A stretch of DNA of 64,000 nt, from the NCBI GenBank assembly GCA_046347625.1, contig JAXMFU010000001.1, positions 671,512 through 735,511 on the forward strand, written 5' to 3'. Of this stretch, positions 33,598-43,479 are shown piece by piece. Under the pieces are notes generated by a model, which was not told the origin of the DNA, made no database searches, and saw only the letters and a program-made list of their open reading frames with translations. The position numbers were made by a program, and so were the translations under genes. Numbering within the stretch: position 1 is the first letter of the stretch; each line of letters starts with the position of its first letter. This DNA comes from Candidatus Competibacteraceae bacterium (GTDB lineage Bacteria > Pseudomonadota > Gammaproteobacteria > Competibacterales > Competibacteraceae).

Positions 33598-33921
33598 ATG
33601 AAACCTATCGTCTTTCTCGGTGATTCATTGGACGTAATCCGATCCTTTCCTGAAAGTGCTCGTCAGCAGGCGGGTTATCAGCTAGACAAGGTGCAACGGG
33701 GGAGGGAACCTGACGACTGGAAACCGATGAAATCGATCGGGCCGGGTGTTAACGAGATCCGGATTCGAGAAGAGAGCGGAGCATTCCGGGTAATTTATGT
33801 AGCCAAACTGGACGATGCCATCTATGTGTTACACGCTTTCCAGAAAAAAAGCCAGAGGACCAGTAGAACTGACCTGAATCTGGCAAAGATGAGATTGCAA
33901 ACTCTGAGGAACAAGCGATGA
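33598..33921 (+). CDS. Type II toxin of the RelE/ParE superfamily (HigB-like; toxin-first arrangement).
   Basis: 107 aa. Overlaps a downstream XRE-family antitoxin by 4 nt. Motif GAFRVIYV...IYVLHAFQKK. Confidence 0.7.
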   Translation: MKPIVFLGDSLDVIRSFPESARQQAGYQLDKVQRGREPDDWKPMKSIGPGVNEIRIREESGAFRVIYVAKLDDAIYVLHAFQKKSQRTSRTDLNLAKMRLQTLRNKR

Positions 33922-34199
33922 ATGAACCAAGATACAGTAGTGTATGGGATGCTTTGGAGGATACTCCTGAAGCGGCTGAAAACATGAAGATCCGAGCAAC
34001 CCTCTTTTTGGTGTTGCAGGATTATGTGTCCGACTTGGGTGTAACTCAGGTAGAAGCTGCACAGCGATTGGGTATTACCCAACCACGTCTTAACGATCTA
34101 TTGCAAGGCCGGATTGACAAATTCAGCCTCGATGCGCTGGTTAACCTCCTTTACAAAGCCGGTATGCGGCTGGCTATTGAGGTCAAGCGAGCCGCTTGA
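33918..34199 (+). CDS. HigA-like XRE-family helix-turn-helix antitoxin.
   Basis: VTQVEAAQRLGITQPRLNDLLQGR is a helix-turn-helix. Coupled to the upstream toxin. Confidence 0.7.
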   Translation: MNEPRYSSVWDALEDTPEAAENMKIRATLFLVLQDYVSDLGVTQVEAAQRLGITQPRLNDLLQGRIDKFSLDALVNLLYKAGMRLAIEVKRAA

Positions 34200-34287
34200 T
34201 TGGAAGCGAGTTCCTACGAACTAAACTTATTTACTAATTCAAAAGTATTCAAATTTAAGAGCTCGTAGGTTGCTGTGAAAATCCGCC

Positions 34288-34380
34288 CGTAGGTCGGGGT
34301 AGACGCGCCCGCCACCCAGGGAGCCCCTCGCCACGAGATGACGGGCGCGTCGTAACCCGACAGGGAGCCGAGTTTCATCG
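34288..34380. repeat. REP-like element, family C: GTAGGTCGGGGTAGACGCGCCCGC ... GGGCGCGTCGTAACCCGACA.
   Basis: Imperfect palindrome. It recurs two to three times at 35730-35925, and in inverted orientation at 44935-45125. Confidence 0.6.
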
Positions 34381-34674
34381 CCAAGGGTGCATGTTTCTAA
34401 AAAGTAGGACGCAATGAACCAAGAATGGAAAGAGGGTAACCAGCCGAGCGCACCAGGAGAATTCAATAGTGACTCACTATTGAGCCGGCAGCAGATTTTA
34501 AGAATAAATTTGCATTACGTTATAACCGGCTTTTATATAACCTGTATTTGTCGGTCCTTAAATCATCCTACGTCATAAGCAATCCACTTTTTCTTTGTTC
34601 ACGCCGGACTGGTAGGCACTGTATGGTATTTTCAAATGAGTTACCGTTATCAATCCTACCTGACTGAGAATAAA

Positions 34675-35685
34675 ATGAAGGCGAAGCAATTCCTTCCTAT
34701 CCTGCTGGCCGCCGGGCTGGCTGTCGGCACGAGCGCAGCGGCGCCGGCGGAGGTGAATCTACTCAATGTGTCCTACGATCCGACCCGTGAGCTGTATAAG
34801 GATTACAATTCGGCGTTCGTGCAATACTGGCAAAACAAGACCGGAGAAAAGGTTAGCATCCAGCAATCCCACGGCGGTTCGGGCAAGCAGGCGCGAGCGG
34901 TCATCGACGGCCTGGAGGCCGATGTCGTGACGCTGGCGCTGGCCTACGATATCGACGCCATCGCCGCCAAGGGGTTACTCCCGGTTACCTGGCAGCAGCG
35001 GCTGCCGCATAATTCCTCGCCTTATACCTCGACCATCGTGTTCCTGGTTCGCAAGGGTAATCCCAAGCAAATCCATGACTGGTCGGACCTGGTGAAACCG
35101 GGCGTCGAGGTCATCACGCCCAGCCCCAAGACTTCCGGCGGGGCGCGTTGGAATTATCTTGCGGCCTGGGGCTTTGCCCTCGAGCAGCCGGGTAGCAACG
35201 ACGCCAAGGCGCGGGAATTCGTCAGTAAACTCTATAGCAATGTGAAAGTGCTGGATTCAGGCGCACGGGGGTCGACCACCACCTTTACCGAACGGGGCAT
35301 TGGTGATGTACTGATCACCTGGGAAAACGAAGCCTACCTGGCGCTGAAGGAGTTTGGTCCTGATAAATTCGAGATCGTGACACCGCCGCTGTCGATTCTG
35401 GCCGAGCCGCCGGTCAGTGTAGTCGACCGGGTGGCCGATAAACATGGCACGCGCCAGATCGCCCAGGCATATCTGGAGTATCTCTATTCTCCGACCGGGC
35501 AGGAAATTGTGGCCAGAAACTTTTATCGACCGACCGATCCGCAGGTGGCGGCGAAATATGCCAAGCAGTTTGCCTCGATCAAGCTGTTCACCGTAGACGA
35601 ACTGTTCGGCGGCTGGCAACAGGCTCAGAAGACCCACTTTAACGACGGCGGTGTATTCGACCAAATTTATCAGGCCGGCCGCTAA
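34675..35685 (+). CDS. sbp: Sulfate/thiosulfate ABC transporter periplasmic binding protein.
   Basis: Signal peptide. [30 protein letters not shown] matches Sbp/CysP. Confidence 0.85.
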   Translation: MKAKQFLPILLAAGLAVGTSAAAPAEVNLLNVSYDPTRELYKDYNSAFVQYWQNKTGEKVSIQQSHGGSGKQARAVIDGLEADVVTLALAYDIDAIAAKGLLPVTWQQRLPHNSSPYTSTIVFLVRKGNPKQIHDWSDLVKPGVEVITPSPKTSGGARWNYLAAWGFALEQPGSNDAKAREFVSKLYSNVKVLDSGARGSTTTFTERGIGDVLITWENEAYLALKEFGPDKFEIVTPPLSILAEPPVSVVDRVADKHGTRQIAQAYLEYLYSPTGQEIVARNFYRPTDPQVAAKYAKQFASIKLFTVDELFGGWQQAQKTHFNDGGVFDQIYQAGR

Positions 35686-35729
35686 AACTGATGGTTTGGT
35701 TATTGCCCGCTTGTATTATCGTGAAACTC

Positions 35730-35925
35730 CCGTAGGTCGGGTTAGACGCGCCCGCCACCCCGTTAGCCAGTGGCAGAAACGTTACAGGCGCGTCGTAACC
35801 CGACAGCGAGCCGAGTTTCATCGTCGAAGGTGCTCTTTTCGCTGCGCATGACCAGTTAGACGCGCCCGCTCCCAAACGGGCCACGGGCAGCAACGTGATG
35901 GGCGCGTCATAACCCGACAAGGATC
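35730..35925. repeat. Cluster of family-C REP elements between sbp and cysB.
   Basis: Repeated ttagacgcgcccgc / ggcgcgtcgtaacccgaca units. Confidence 0.6.
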
Positions 35926-35928
35926 TAC

Positions 35929-36861
35929 ATGAATTTTCAACAGCTACGCATCATTCGTGAAACGATCAAGCACAACTTCAATTTGACCGAGGTGGCGAAC
36001 GCCCTCTTCACTTCCCAGTCTGGGGTGAGTAAGCATATCAAGGACTTGGAGGACGAGCTTGGGGTCGAGCTGTTCGTTCGCCGTGGCAAGCGCTTTCTCG
36101 GTCTGACCGAACCGGGTAAGGAATTGCTGATCATCGTGGAACGGATGCTGATCGATGCCGGCAACCTGCGCCGACTCGCCGAACAGTTTGCCAATCGGGA
36201 TCAGGGCAATCTGTGCATTGCCACCACCCATACCCAGGCGCGTTATGCCCTGCCTCGAGTGGTACAGGCGTTCAAGAGCGCCTTTCCCAAGGTACATTTA
36301 GTATTGCATCAAGGCAGCCCCAGCGAGATTGCCGGCATGCTGCAAAGCGGGGAAGCCGATGTCGGGATTGCGACCGAAGTGCTGCATCAAGTGTCGGAAC
36401 TGCTGCCGTTTCCTTTCTATAGCTGGCATCATGCGGTCATCGTGCCGGATGGACACCCGCTGACGACGGTTTCCAAGCTGAGCCTGGAAGCCATTGCTGA
36501 GTACCCAATTATTACCTATCACGAAGGTTTTACCGGCAGAACCCAGATCGATTCGACCTTTGCCGAAGCCGGGCTGGCGCCCGATATTGTGCTTTCGGCG
36601 CTGGACGCCGATGTGATTAAAACGTATGTGGAACTGGGGTTGGGCATCGGCGTTATCGCGTCGATGGCGTTCGATCCGGCCAGGGATACTAATTTACGGT
36701 TGTTGGATTGCGCCCATTTATTCCCGTTCAATACCACTTGGCTTGCGCTCCGCCGCGGCCACTATCTGCGCGGTTTCGCCTATCGGTTTATCGAGCAATG
36801 CTCGCCGCAACTCAGCGAATCTTATATTAAAAGTGCCCTTGCGCCGCTCCAGGGAGAATAG
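35929..36861 (+). CDS. cysB: LysR-family regulator of the CysB/Cbl type.
   Basis: N-terminus MNFQQLRIIRETIKHNFNLTEVANALFTSQSGVSKHIKDLEDELGVELF. IATTHTQARYALP is close to E. coli CysB. Confidence 0.8.
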   Translation: MNFQQLRIIRETIKHNFNLTEVANALFTSQSGVSKHIKDLEDELGVELFVRRGKRFLGLTEPGKELLIIVERMLIDAGNLRRLAEQFANRDQGNLCIATTHTQARYALPRVVQAFKSAFPKVHLVLHQGSPSEIAGMLQSGEADVGIATEVLHQVSELLPFPFYSWHHAVIVPDGHPLTTVSKLSLEAIAEYPIITYHEGFTGRTQIDSTFAEAGLAPDIVLSALDADVIKTYVELGLGIGVIASMAFDPARDTNLRLLDCAHLFPFNTTWLALRRGHYLRGFAYRFIEQCSPQLSESYIKSALAPLQGE

Positions 36862-37028
36862 ACGAGCGTCGTAGGGTGCGTCCTACGCACCTTAACTTTC
36901 CCCCGGCTGGAGCCCGTAGGATAAGTAGAACGAAGTGAGACTCACCGTATGATCGAAGCTTTGGAATGATGGGTTTCGCTACGCTCTACTCATCCTACGC
37001 GAGCTACGCTGGCTGGATAGAAATCCGG

Positions 37029-37322
37029 CTATAACCGTTTGCGCCAGTACCCAGGCCGACGACTATGATGTGCTACCGCAATGACCAGGACAACATCAGA
37101 ATCAATCATATACACAACACTGAAAGGAAAACGTCGCAGTAACACCCGTCGCGTATCTGCCAAGTAAGGGCTTCCATGTATTGGGAAGGCCGTGATACGT
37201 TCAACCGCACGTTCGACCTCAGTGAGGAAAGCTGCTCCCAGCCTTGGGGTTCCAGCGTCATACCGCTCGGCTACGGCAAGGAGTTCCTCGCGGGCGGCAG
37301 GTAGAAACTCAACCGTAATCAC
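37029..37322 (-). CDS. ParE/RelE-family toxin.
   Basis: 97 aa. Overlaps the upstream small antitoxin by 4 nt. Confidence 0.65.
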   Translation of the reverse strand: MITVEFLPAAREELLAVAERYDAGTPRLGAAFLTEVERAVERITAFPIHGSPYLADTRRVLLRRFPFSVVYMIDSDVVLVIAVAHHSRRPGYWRKRL

Positions 37323-37561
37323 TGCGGCTGCCGAGAGCGGGCTTCAGCCATAACTTGCGAGGCTGGAATCGGCTGAGCCTTGCCGCTGCGGTACTCTTTC
37401 AAACGGCGCTGGATTTCGGCTTCCCATTCGCGCTCTACTTCAATCAGGTCTTCGGTTACGTCCGTATCGAGGCTCTCAATAAGCCGACGAGCAAGGTGTG
37501 CCCGTTCGCGGACGGGTAGCTCCAGTGCTTCAACTTCTAACTTCTCTAGAGGCATGCTCAC
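37319..37561 (-). CDS. Putative addiction-module antitoxin, 80 aa.
   Basis: Acidic helical protein ...EVEREWEAEIQRRL..., coupled to the ParE-like gene. Confidence 0.6.
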   Translation of the reverse strand: MSMPLEKLEVEALELPVRERAHLARRLIESLDTDVTEDLIEVEREWEAEIQRRLKEYRSGKAQPIPASQVMAEARSRQPQ

Positions 37562-37576
37562 GGTTCAATACTCCGG

Positions 37577-37867
37577 TTACGACTGTCCAAGAATATAACA
37601 TTCGCTACGGAAAATTGCCCTTGTTTCCATCTGAAGAGCAGAATCCCCACGAGCGTTCAGAGCCTCTATAAGGGTACGCGCAATCTGGTACTTATTCACC
37701 AACTTTGGATCCGAGCGCAGCTGGGTCATGATCGGTGCTAAGTCTCGCTCCGGTGTCCCTGCGCCCCTGAAGAAGACGACTACGTCGTTCTTGCTCCGGC
37801 AGAGCAAAGGAATAGTGTCTACGAGCAGAGAGAGAAGCTCAGGGGGAAAGTGGTATGAATCAGCCAT
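37577..37867 (-). CDS. Hypothetical protein, 96 aa.
   Basis: ORF only. Confidence 0.35.
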   Translation of the reverse strand: MADSYHFPPELLSLLVDTIPLLCRSKNDVVVFFRGAGTPERDLAPIMTQLRSDPKLVNKYQIARTLIEALNARGDSALQMETRAIFRSECYILGQS

Positions 37868-38070
37868 ATTCCAGTGTACGAATGCGGCTGGAGCCGATGT
37901 CTTTCGAGCGGCCTAGCCAGTAATTGAACTGTTTTGTTTATCTGTACCACCGCCCCCTATCATCCGTCAAGAAAAAATTCTTGGTTAACGGTAGCAGTCG
38001 GGTGAGTCGGGCAACGCGCCGCTTTCGCTTCCCTTTTGCCCGACCTACGCAGGCTATCCACCCGTGAGAA

Positions 38071-38625
38071 TTAAGCCAAGAATAATTGCTCCAGTCCAAT
38101 CCGGTAACCGATGCTGGCAAGTTCCAGGTTATCCTTAATCCCCAATTCGTAGCGCATCCAAGCATCACCCGTGCGCCGGTACAGCACGGCGGTGTGCCCA
38201 GTTGGATCGAGTAATAGGTACTCTTGCAGTGAACCCAGGGTCTGGTAATTGATGCGTTTTTCACCATCGTCATTAGCGGCAGTGCGGGGCGAAAGCACCT
38301 CGATAATCAGGCACGGTGAAGTCTCGTAGTATTCATCGGGTTCTTCCGCCACCGGGTTGCAACACACCATCACATCCGGATAGTAGAAGCGATTGGCGGC
38401 ATCGATCCGCACCTTCATATCGGCTTGATAAACCCGACAGGGAGTCCCCGCCAGATGGTTCCCCAGCAGCCGGCCGCTGCGCGAGACAAGCAGATTGTGA
38501 GCGCGCGAACCGCCGGCCATTGCCACGAGCTCGCCATTCAGGTATTCATGGCGAATGTTAGCATCGCGTTCGGCGGCCAGATATTCATCTACGGTCAGCG
38601 GCTTCAATACTCTCGCAGTAGTCAT
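38071..38625 (-). CDS. Uma2-family (DUF820) restriction-endonuclease-like protein.
   Basis: LTVDEYLAAERDANIRHEYLNGELVAMAG is the hallmark of Uma2. Confidence 0.8.
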   Translation of the reverse strand: MTTARVLKPLTVDEYLAAERDANIRHEYLNGELVAMAGGSRAHNLLVSRSGRLLGNHLAGTPCRVYQADMKVRIDAANRFYYPDVMVCCNPVAEEPDEYYETSPCLIIEVLSPRTAANDDGEKRINYQTLGSLQEYLLLDPTGHTAVLYRRTGDAWMRYELGIKDNLELASIGYRIGLEQLFLA

Positions 38626-38637
38626 CTTGTGCTATTT

Positions 38638-39207
38638 TCAGCTATTCAGATCGCTATAACGAAAACAATCGACAACGTGATCATTGACCATGCCGGCGGC
38701 CTGCATAAAGGCGTAACAGATGGTCGAACCGACAAAACTGAAGCCCAGACGTTTCAATTCCTTGCTCATGGCGTCCGATTCCGGCTTGCGGGTCGGAATT
38801 TCGGCCAGAGACTTCCAGGCATTCTGTCGCGGCTTGAATTCTACAAAGCGCCAGAGAAACGCATCCAGTGAATCGAATTGTTCCTGAACCCTGAGAACCG
38901 CTTGCGCGTTTTTTACCGCCGATTCGATCTTCAGCCGATTCCTGACAATGCCTGGATCCAGGAGTAATTGATTCACCCGGCCGGCGTCGTAATTAGCGAC
39001 TTTCTGCGGATCGAAATTGTCGAACGCCCGGCGGTAATACTCTCGTTTTCTAAGAATGGTCAGCCAACTAAGCCCGGCCTGGGCACCATCGAGTACGAGC
39101 ATCTCGAAGAGTTTACTATCATCGTGCACCGGTACGCCCCATTCCTCGTCATGATAGGCGATATACAAGGGATCATTCCCGCTCCAGGCACAACGTTTAT
39201 GATTCAT
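38638..39207 (-). CDS. tag: DNA-3-methyladenine glycosylase I.
   Basis: RCAWSGNDPLYIAYHDEEWGVP and Zn-binding Cys residues. The start was set at MNHKRC. Confidence 0.85.
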   Translation of the reverse strand: MNHKRCAWSGNDPLYIAYHDEEWGVPVHDDSKLFEMLVLDGAQAGLSWLTILRKREYYRRAFDNFDPQKVANYDAGRVNQLLLDPGIVRNRLKIESAVKNAQAVLRVQEQFDSLDAFLWRFVEFKPRQNAWKSLAEIPTRKPESDAMSKELKRLGFSFVGSTICYAFMQAAGMVNDHVVDCFRYSDLNS

Positions 39208-40925
39208 CAAGCCGCCTCGCTCAACGCCGGCATCAAGCCGCTCTCCGCTTCCAAGGCGTGCTCTTGTTGCCGTCGCATCCATTCATAGACGACTTGCTCG
39301 TCGATTCCATAATCCAGCAGCACCGCCGCCGCCAGGTCCAGTCCTCGCGGAATACTCCGGGTAACCACCGCTTTCATCCCTAACGCATCGAATCTGGCTT
39401 TCTCCTCCACCGTATCGACCGCCACGAAACGTTTCAAATGAGGATACCGATCTTTCAGGATCGGGGTCAGTTCCTGGGAAATCTCGTAGCGGGCCAGGGT
39501 AATGACCGCGGTCATCCGGTGCTCGATTTGCAGGGTTTCCATCAGCCGCAGATCGGCCAGATCGCCAAAGGCTACGACATAGCCATCGGCGTTGGCCCGG
39601 ACGAAGCGGTCATGAGCCATCTCCAGCGCCGTATAGGCAATATGGTGCGATTCCAGGGCATCGGCCACGCGGCGTCCGATCTCGCCCATGCCGAAGACCA
39701 CCACGGGCGGTATTTCCTGTGGGATCGACGATCTGATGCCCTGCTGACAGGCGACCATTTCCTGATTCGCCAACCGCTTGGCAAAGCGGTAGCCCCACTC
39801 GGTCAACAGTGGGGTCAATGCCAGACTGGCGGCGACACCCGTCATGATGATCGCAACCCATTCCGGGCCGAGCACATTATGCAGGGCCGGCATCCCCAGA
39901 ATTACAAAGGCGAACTCGCTGCCCTGTGATAGCAGAAAGCCGAGTTGCATGGCACCCTGCAAGGGCACCTGTAACAATCGCGCGGTCAGAAAGATCAGTA
40001 CGGTCTTGAGGCTCAGCAGCAACAGTAGAAATAGCAGAATCTGCCACCAGGCGCGCAGCAATACGGTAGTGTCCAGCGCCATCCCCACGGTGATAAAGAA
40101 AAAGCCGAGCAACAATCCGCGAAAGGGCTTGACCTCGGTGCGAATCACATGCCGGTAAGGGGTCTCGGAGATAATCATGCCGCCCAGAAAGGCGCCGAGC
40201 GTCAGCGAGAGATTCCAGATACCGGTGGCGCCCGCCGTGACCAGCACGATCAGCAGCGCGGTGGCGGTAAAGACCTCGGCGTCATTGGCCTTTGCCAGCA
40301 CTTTGAAGAGCGGCCCGATCAGCAAGCGCCCGATCAGAATCGCCGCCGCAAAAGCCAATACCGCCTTCAGCGCCGCCAGTGCCAATGCACCGCCCAGGGG
40401 TATCGCCTGATTCTCCAGAGAACTGGCCAGAATCAGCAGAAAGATGGCGCAGATATCCTGAAAAATCAGCACGGCGGTGGCAGTCATCCCGATCGGGCAA
40501 TTCTGCTGCCCATGTTCCGTCAGGGTCTGCACGGCGACCGCTGTGGACGACAGCGCCAGGGTGGCGCCGAGCAGAAGCGCATGGGTAAAACCCAGCCCAA
40601 AAAGCAGGGCCAGACTTCCCAGGCCGAACGCGCACAGACCGACCTGCAAAGGTCCGAACCCCAGAATGGCGCGGCGGGCCTCCCACAGATGACCCAAGGA
40701 GAAATGGACCCCGATATCGAACAGCAGAAAGACCACGCCCAGTTCCGCTAGCAGATGGGTCGTCTCGTTTTCGGCGACGACCCCAAGACCATGCGGACCG
40801 ATCAGGATGCCGGCAAGCAGATAGCCGACAATAGGGCTTAAGCCGAGCGGTCGGGTCAACAGAATCGCCAGGGTACCGATGACCAGCAGGATAATGGCGG
40901 GTTGCAGGGCAGCGACTTGTTCCAT
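39207..40925 (-). CDS. CPA2-family K+/H+ antiporter with a C-terminal RCK/TrkA-N domain (KefB/KefC-like).
   Basis: About 12 transmembrane helices, then the Rossmann motif VVFGMGEIGRRVA. Confidence 0.85.
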   Translation of the reverse strand: MEQVAALQPAIILLVIGTLAILLTRPLGLSPIVGYLLAGILIGPHGLGVVAENETTHLLAELGVVFLLFDIGVHFSLGHLWEARRAILGFGPLQVGLCAFGLGSLALLFGLGFTHALLLGATLALSSTAVAVQTLTEHGQQNCPIGMTATAVLIFQDICAIFLLILASSLENQAIPLGGALALAALKAVLAFAAAILIGRLLIGPLFKVLAKANDAEVFTATALLIVLVTAGATGIWNLSLTLGAFLGGMIISETPYRHVIRTEVKPFRGLLLGFFFITVGMALDTTVLLRAWWQILLFLLLLLSLKTVLIFLTARLLQVPLQGAMQLGFLLSQGSEFAFVILGMPALHNVLGPEWVAIIMTGVAASLALTPLLTEWGYRFAKRLANQEMVACQQGIRSSIPQEIPPVVVFGMGEIGRRVADALESHHIAYTALEMAHDRFVRANADGYVVAFGDLADLRLMETLQIEHRMTAVITLARYEISQELTPILKDRYPHLKRFVAVDTVEEKARFDALGMKAVVTRSIPRGLDLAAAVLLDYGIDEQVVYEWMRRQQEHALEAESGLMPALSEAA

Positions 40926-40957
40926 ATTAAAAACTCTTTAACCTTTAACCTTTAACC

Positions 40958-42574
40958 TCACCCGACACCACTGGCCAGGTAATGGGAAACCCGGGGACCG
41001 CCCGGTTTCAGCAGACATTGGTCGATCTGTTCCTGCAAGGCACGATCGGTCACTGTGAACCGTTCGTGCTGGCGCAGATGCTCGAGCCAGGAATCGACCA
41101 GAAAGCATTCCAGAAAACGATCGGCGTCGGCGGCGTCATGGAACAATCGCCAGCGAATGGCACCATCCCGTCGCCGGGTCCTGCCCAGTTGCCGCATCAG
41201 CGTCAGAAACTCCTGCCGTCTGTAAGGATCGATCTGATATTCCAAGGTGACCAATACCGGCCCATGATCCGGTTCGGGTTCCTGTTCGACCATGGGCGGC
41301 GGCCAATGCAACGACGGCGTGAAATCGAGTAGTTCGCCACCGCCCAGGCGCAGCCGCCAGGCCAGCAAAAGGCCGATCAGCGCGCCCAGCGCCGCCAGCA
41401 TCAGTGCGGCAGGAATACCGGCCAGTTTGGCCACCTGCCCCCAAAGTGTGCTGCCACCCGCCATACAGGCCATGAACGTTACCATAAAGAGCGCCAGCCC
41501 GCGCGCCCGTACCCATTCCGGTAATGCCAGTTGCACCGTTACTTGCAGCGCGGACAGGATCGTAAGCCAGGCGGCCCCGCTCAAGAGCATGGCGATACCC
41601 AATAGATAAATGTTTTGTATCGTAGCCAAGGCCAGCAGCGCAACGGCATAGAGCAGGGTAGCGAGGCGCACCAGCCCATCCCGCGACAGCAGGGAACGTA
41701 ATCGAGGCAGCCATACAGCGGCGGCAACCGCACCGATGCCGATACAGGTCGTCAGACCACCGTAGACCTGAGGACCGGCACCCAGTTCACGGCGGACGAC
41801 CAGAGGGAGCAATGCCCACAGCGCGCTGGCGAATACAAAAAAGGCGCCCCCCCTGAGCAGTACGACCTGCAAACGCGGCGCATGGCGGGCGTAACGTAGG
41901 CCGATTCTGAGCGCGCTGAAAAAGCGCTCGGCAGGCAAGCTGCTCTCGCGCGGCTTGCGGCGCCAGCGCTGGAGCACGATGATGATCCCCAGGAAAGATA
42001 CCGCATTGAGCAGGAAGACGCTGCCCGGTCCGACAGCCGCCACGATCAGACCGGCCAACGCCGGACCAATAGCGCGGGCCACATTGATACCCATGCTGTT
42101 CAAGGCAATGGCGCTGTGCAATTGTGCCCGTGGCACCAGTTCCGGAACAATCGCCGCCCAGGCCGGGAAGGTCAAGGCCGTACCACAACCCAAGGCGAAT
42201 GTGAGCGCCAGCAAGGTCCAGGCGGTCGTTAGTCCGGCCACGGTCAGGACGCCCAACAACCCGGCCATCAGCAGCATCCAGGTCTGAGCGCCGATCGACA
42301 GCCGGCGGCGATCCAGGATATCGGCCAGTGCCCCACCCGGTAGCGCCAGCAGCACCGTCGGTAAAGTGGTCGCCGCCTGCACCAGGGACACCATCACCGG
42401 CGAGGGCGCCAATGAAGTCATCAGCCAGCCGGCGCCGACATCGTGCATCCAGGTACCGATATTGGAAACCACGGCGGCGATCCACAGCCCTCGAAACAGA
42501 GGTTGGCGGAGTGGTTCCCAGGCGGAGGTTTTGTCCGGCGGGCCGGTAGTAGCCGATTGCGGTGGGTTAGTCAT
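40958..42574 (-). CDS. MFS transporter with a soluble C-terminal extension of about 110 aa.
   Basis: 12-transmembrane profile. The start was set at MTNPPQ. Confidence 0.75.
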   Translation of the reverse strand: MTNPPQSATTGPPDKTSAWEPLRQPLFRGLWIAAVVSNIGTWMHDVGAGWLMTSLAPSPVMVSLVQAATTLPTVLLALPGGALADILDRRRLSIGAQTWMLLMAGLLGVLTVAGLTTAWTLLALTFALGCGTALTFPAWAAIVPELVPRAQLHSAIALNSMGINVARAIGPALAGLIVAAVGPGSVFLLNAVSFLGIIIVLQRWRRKPRESSLPAERFFSALRIGLRYARHAPRLQVVLLRGGAFFVFASALWALLPLVVRRELGAGPQVYGGLTTCIGIGAVAAAVWLPRLRSLLSRDGLVRLATLLYAVALLALATIQNIYLLGIAMLLSGAAWLTILSALQVTVQLALPEWVRARGLALFMVTFMACMAGGSTLWGQVAKLAGIPAALMLAALGALIGLLLAWRLRLGGGELLDFTPSLHWPPPMVEQEPEPDHGPVLVTLEYQIDPYRRQEFLTLMRQLGRTRRRDGAIRWRLFHDAADADRFLECFLVDSWLEHLRQHERFTVTDRALQEQIDQCLLKPGGPRVSHYLASGVG

Positions 42575-42692
42575 TACTTGGCGGTAGGCTCCAGGGATAT
42601 AGAGGCCGTAGGATTGTACAACAGCATAGGCGTAGCCTGGATGCAGCGGAGCTTGCGGAGCGCAATCCAGGTTGCCGCCCAAATCCTATAAT

Positions 42693-42869
42693 AGGCTACC
42701 TTTCATGATCCGAGTAATCGGACCCAAATAAGGCGCGGTTCGACGACAGCAATACGCTCGAAGTCGCGGTCGCTGTGCAGAAGTGGGACTCGATTTTCAA
42801 CGGCGATCAGGGCAATCAGACAGCAACACGAATATAGTCGATCCAAACGGAGGTATCGACCAAAAGCAT
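42693..42869 (-). pseudogene. vapC: vapC (PIN toxin) remnant. The N-terminus MLLVDTSVWIDYIR and the C-terminus ...IALIAVENRVPLLHSDRDFERIA survive, but the central ~80 codons are missing.
   Basis: Start ATG lies 6 nt after the vapB stop. An in-frame TGA falls after codon 17. The PIN C-terminal motif reappears in the +1 frame. Confidence 0.55.
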
Positions 42870-42875
42870 GGCGCT

Positions 42876-43106
42876 CTAATCCTCTGCCGTCCGCTCCGTA
42901 AACGAGCGCCCGGCACGAGCCTGCTTGTAATCGTAATCGGGGGCAATGAGGTCACTGCCGAAGAGATCCCGCAAGTCCGGCCGCTTGCGGCTTGCCACCA
43001 GTTCACGCAGCGCAAGGTCTACCACTTCACGCTTGGTCTTGACCTGCGTCAGTTGCATGGTCTCGGTAACGAGTTGGTCATCGAGCACGATATTAGTACG
43101 CATCAT
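42876..43106 (-). CDS. vapB: VapB-family antitoxin.
   Basis: MRTNIVLDDQLV...TKREVVDLALRELV is the classic VapB N-terminus. Confidence 0.7.
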   Translation of the reverse strand: MMRTNIVLDDQLVTETMQLTQVKTKREVVDLALRELVASRKRPDLRDLFGSDLIAPDYDYKQARAGRSFTERTAED

Positions 43107-43479
43107 ACACCTCCTATATGTATTCTAGTAGGCAAGAGCGCTATGGATTTGCCCAAGGCTCAAGTAGGGGTGCTGCCGTTGAATTTTTTCTGCATCCCAA
43201 TGGTAAGCCAGCCGATCGAACACAACTTCTATGACCGTCGTCCGAGTACCGGTGAGATAAGGTACACCATCACTTGTCACGTCAATATGAGGATAGGCTG
43301 TTACGTGCGACTACATCCTCGTAGTTATGGCGATAGATGGTGCCCGCGCCGGCCATATCTTTCCATGCAATCGATGTATACCGTGCTTTCGAATCGCCGG
43401 GCAACAGGCGGCCGGAAAGAGCGATGCTTGCATTTTTTGTCATGGCTGGCTATCAATATATAGCGTCGGATAGCCAGGC

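Noticed and set aside
37938-38273. A 111-aa minus-strand ORF.
   Set aside because: It overlaps the Uma2 gene region in another frame and has odd composition. Judged spurious.
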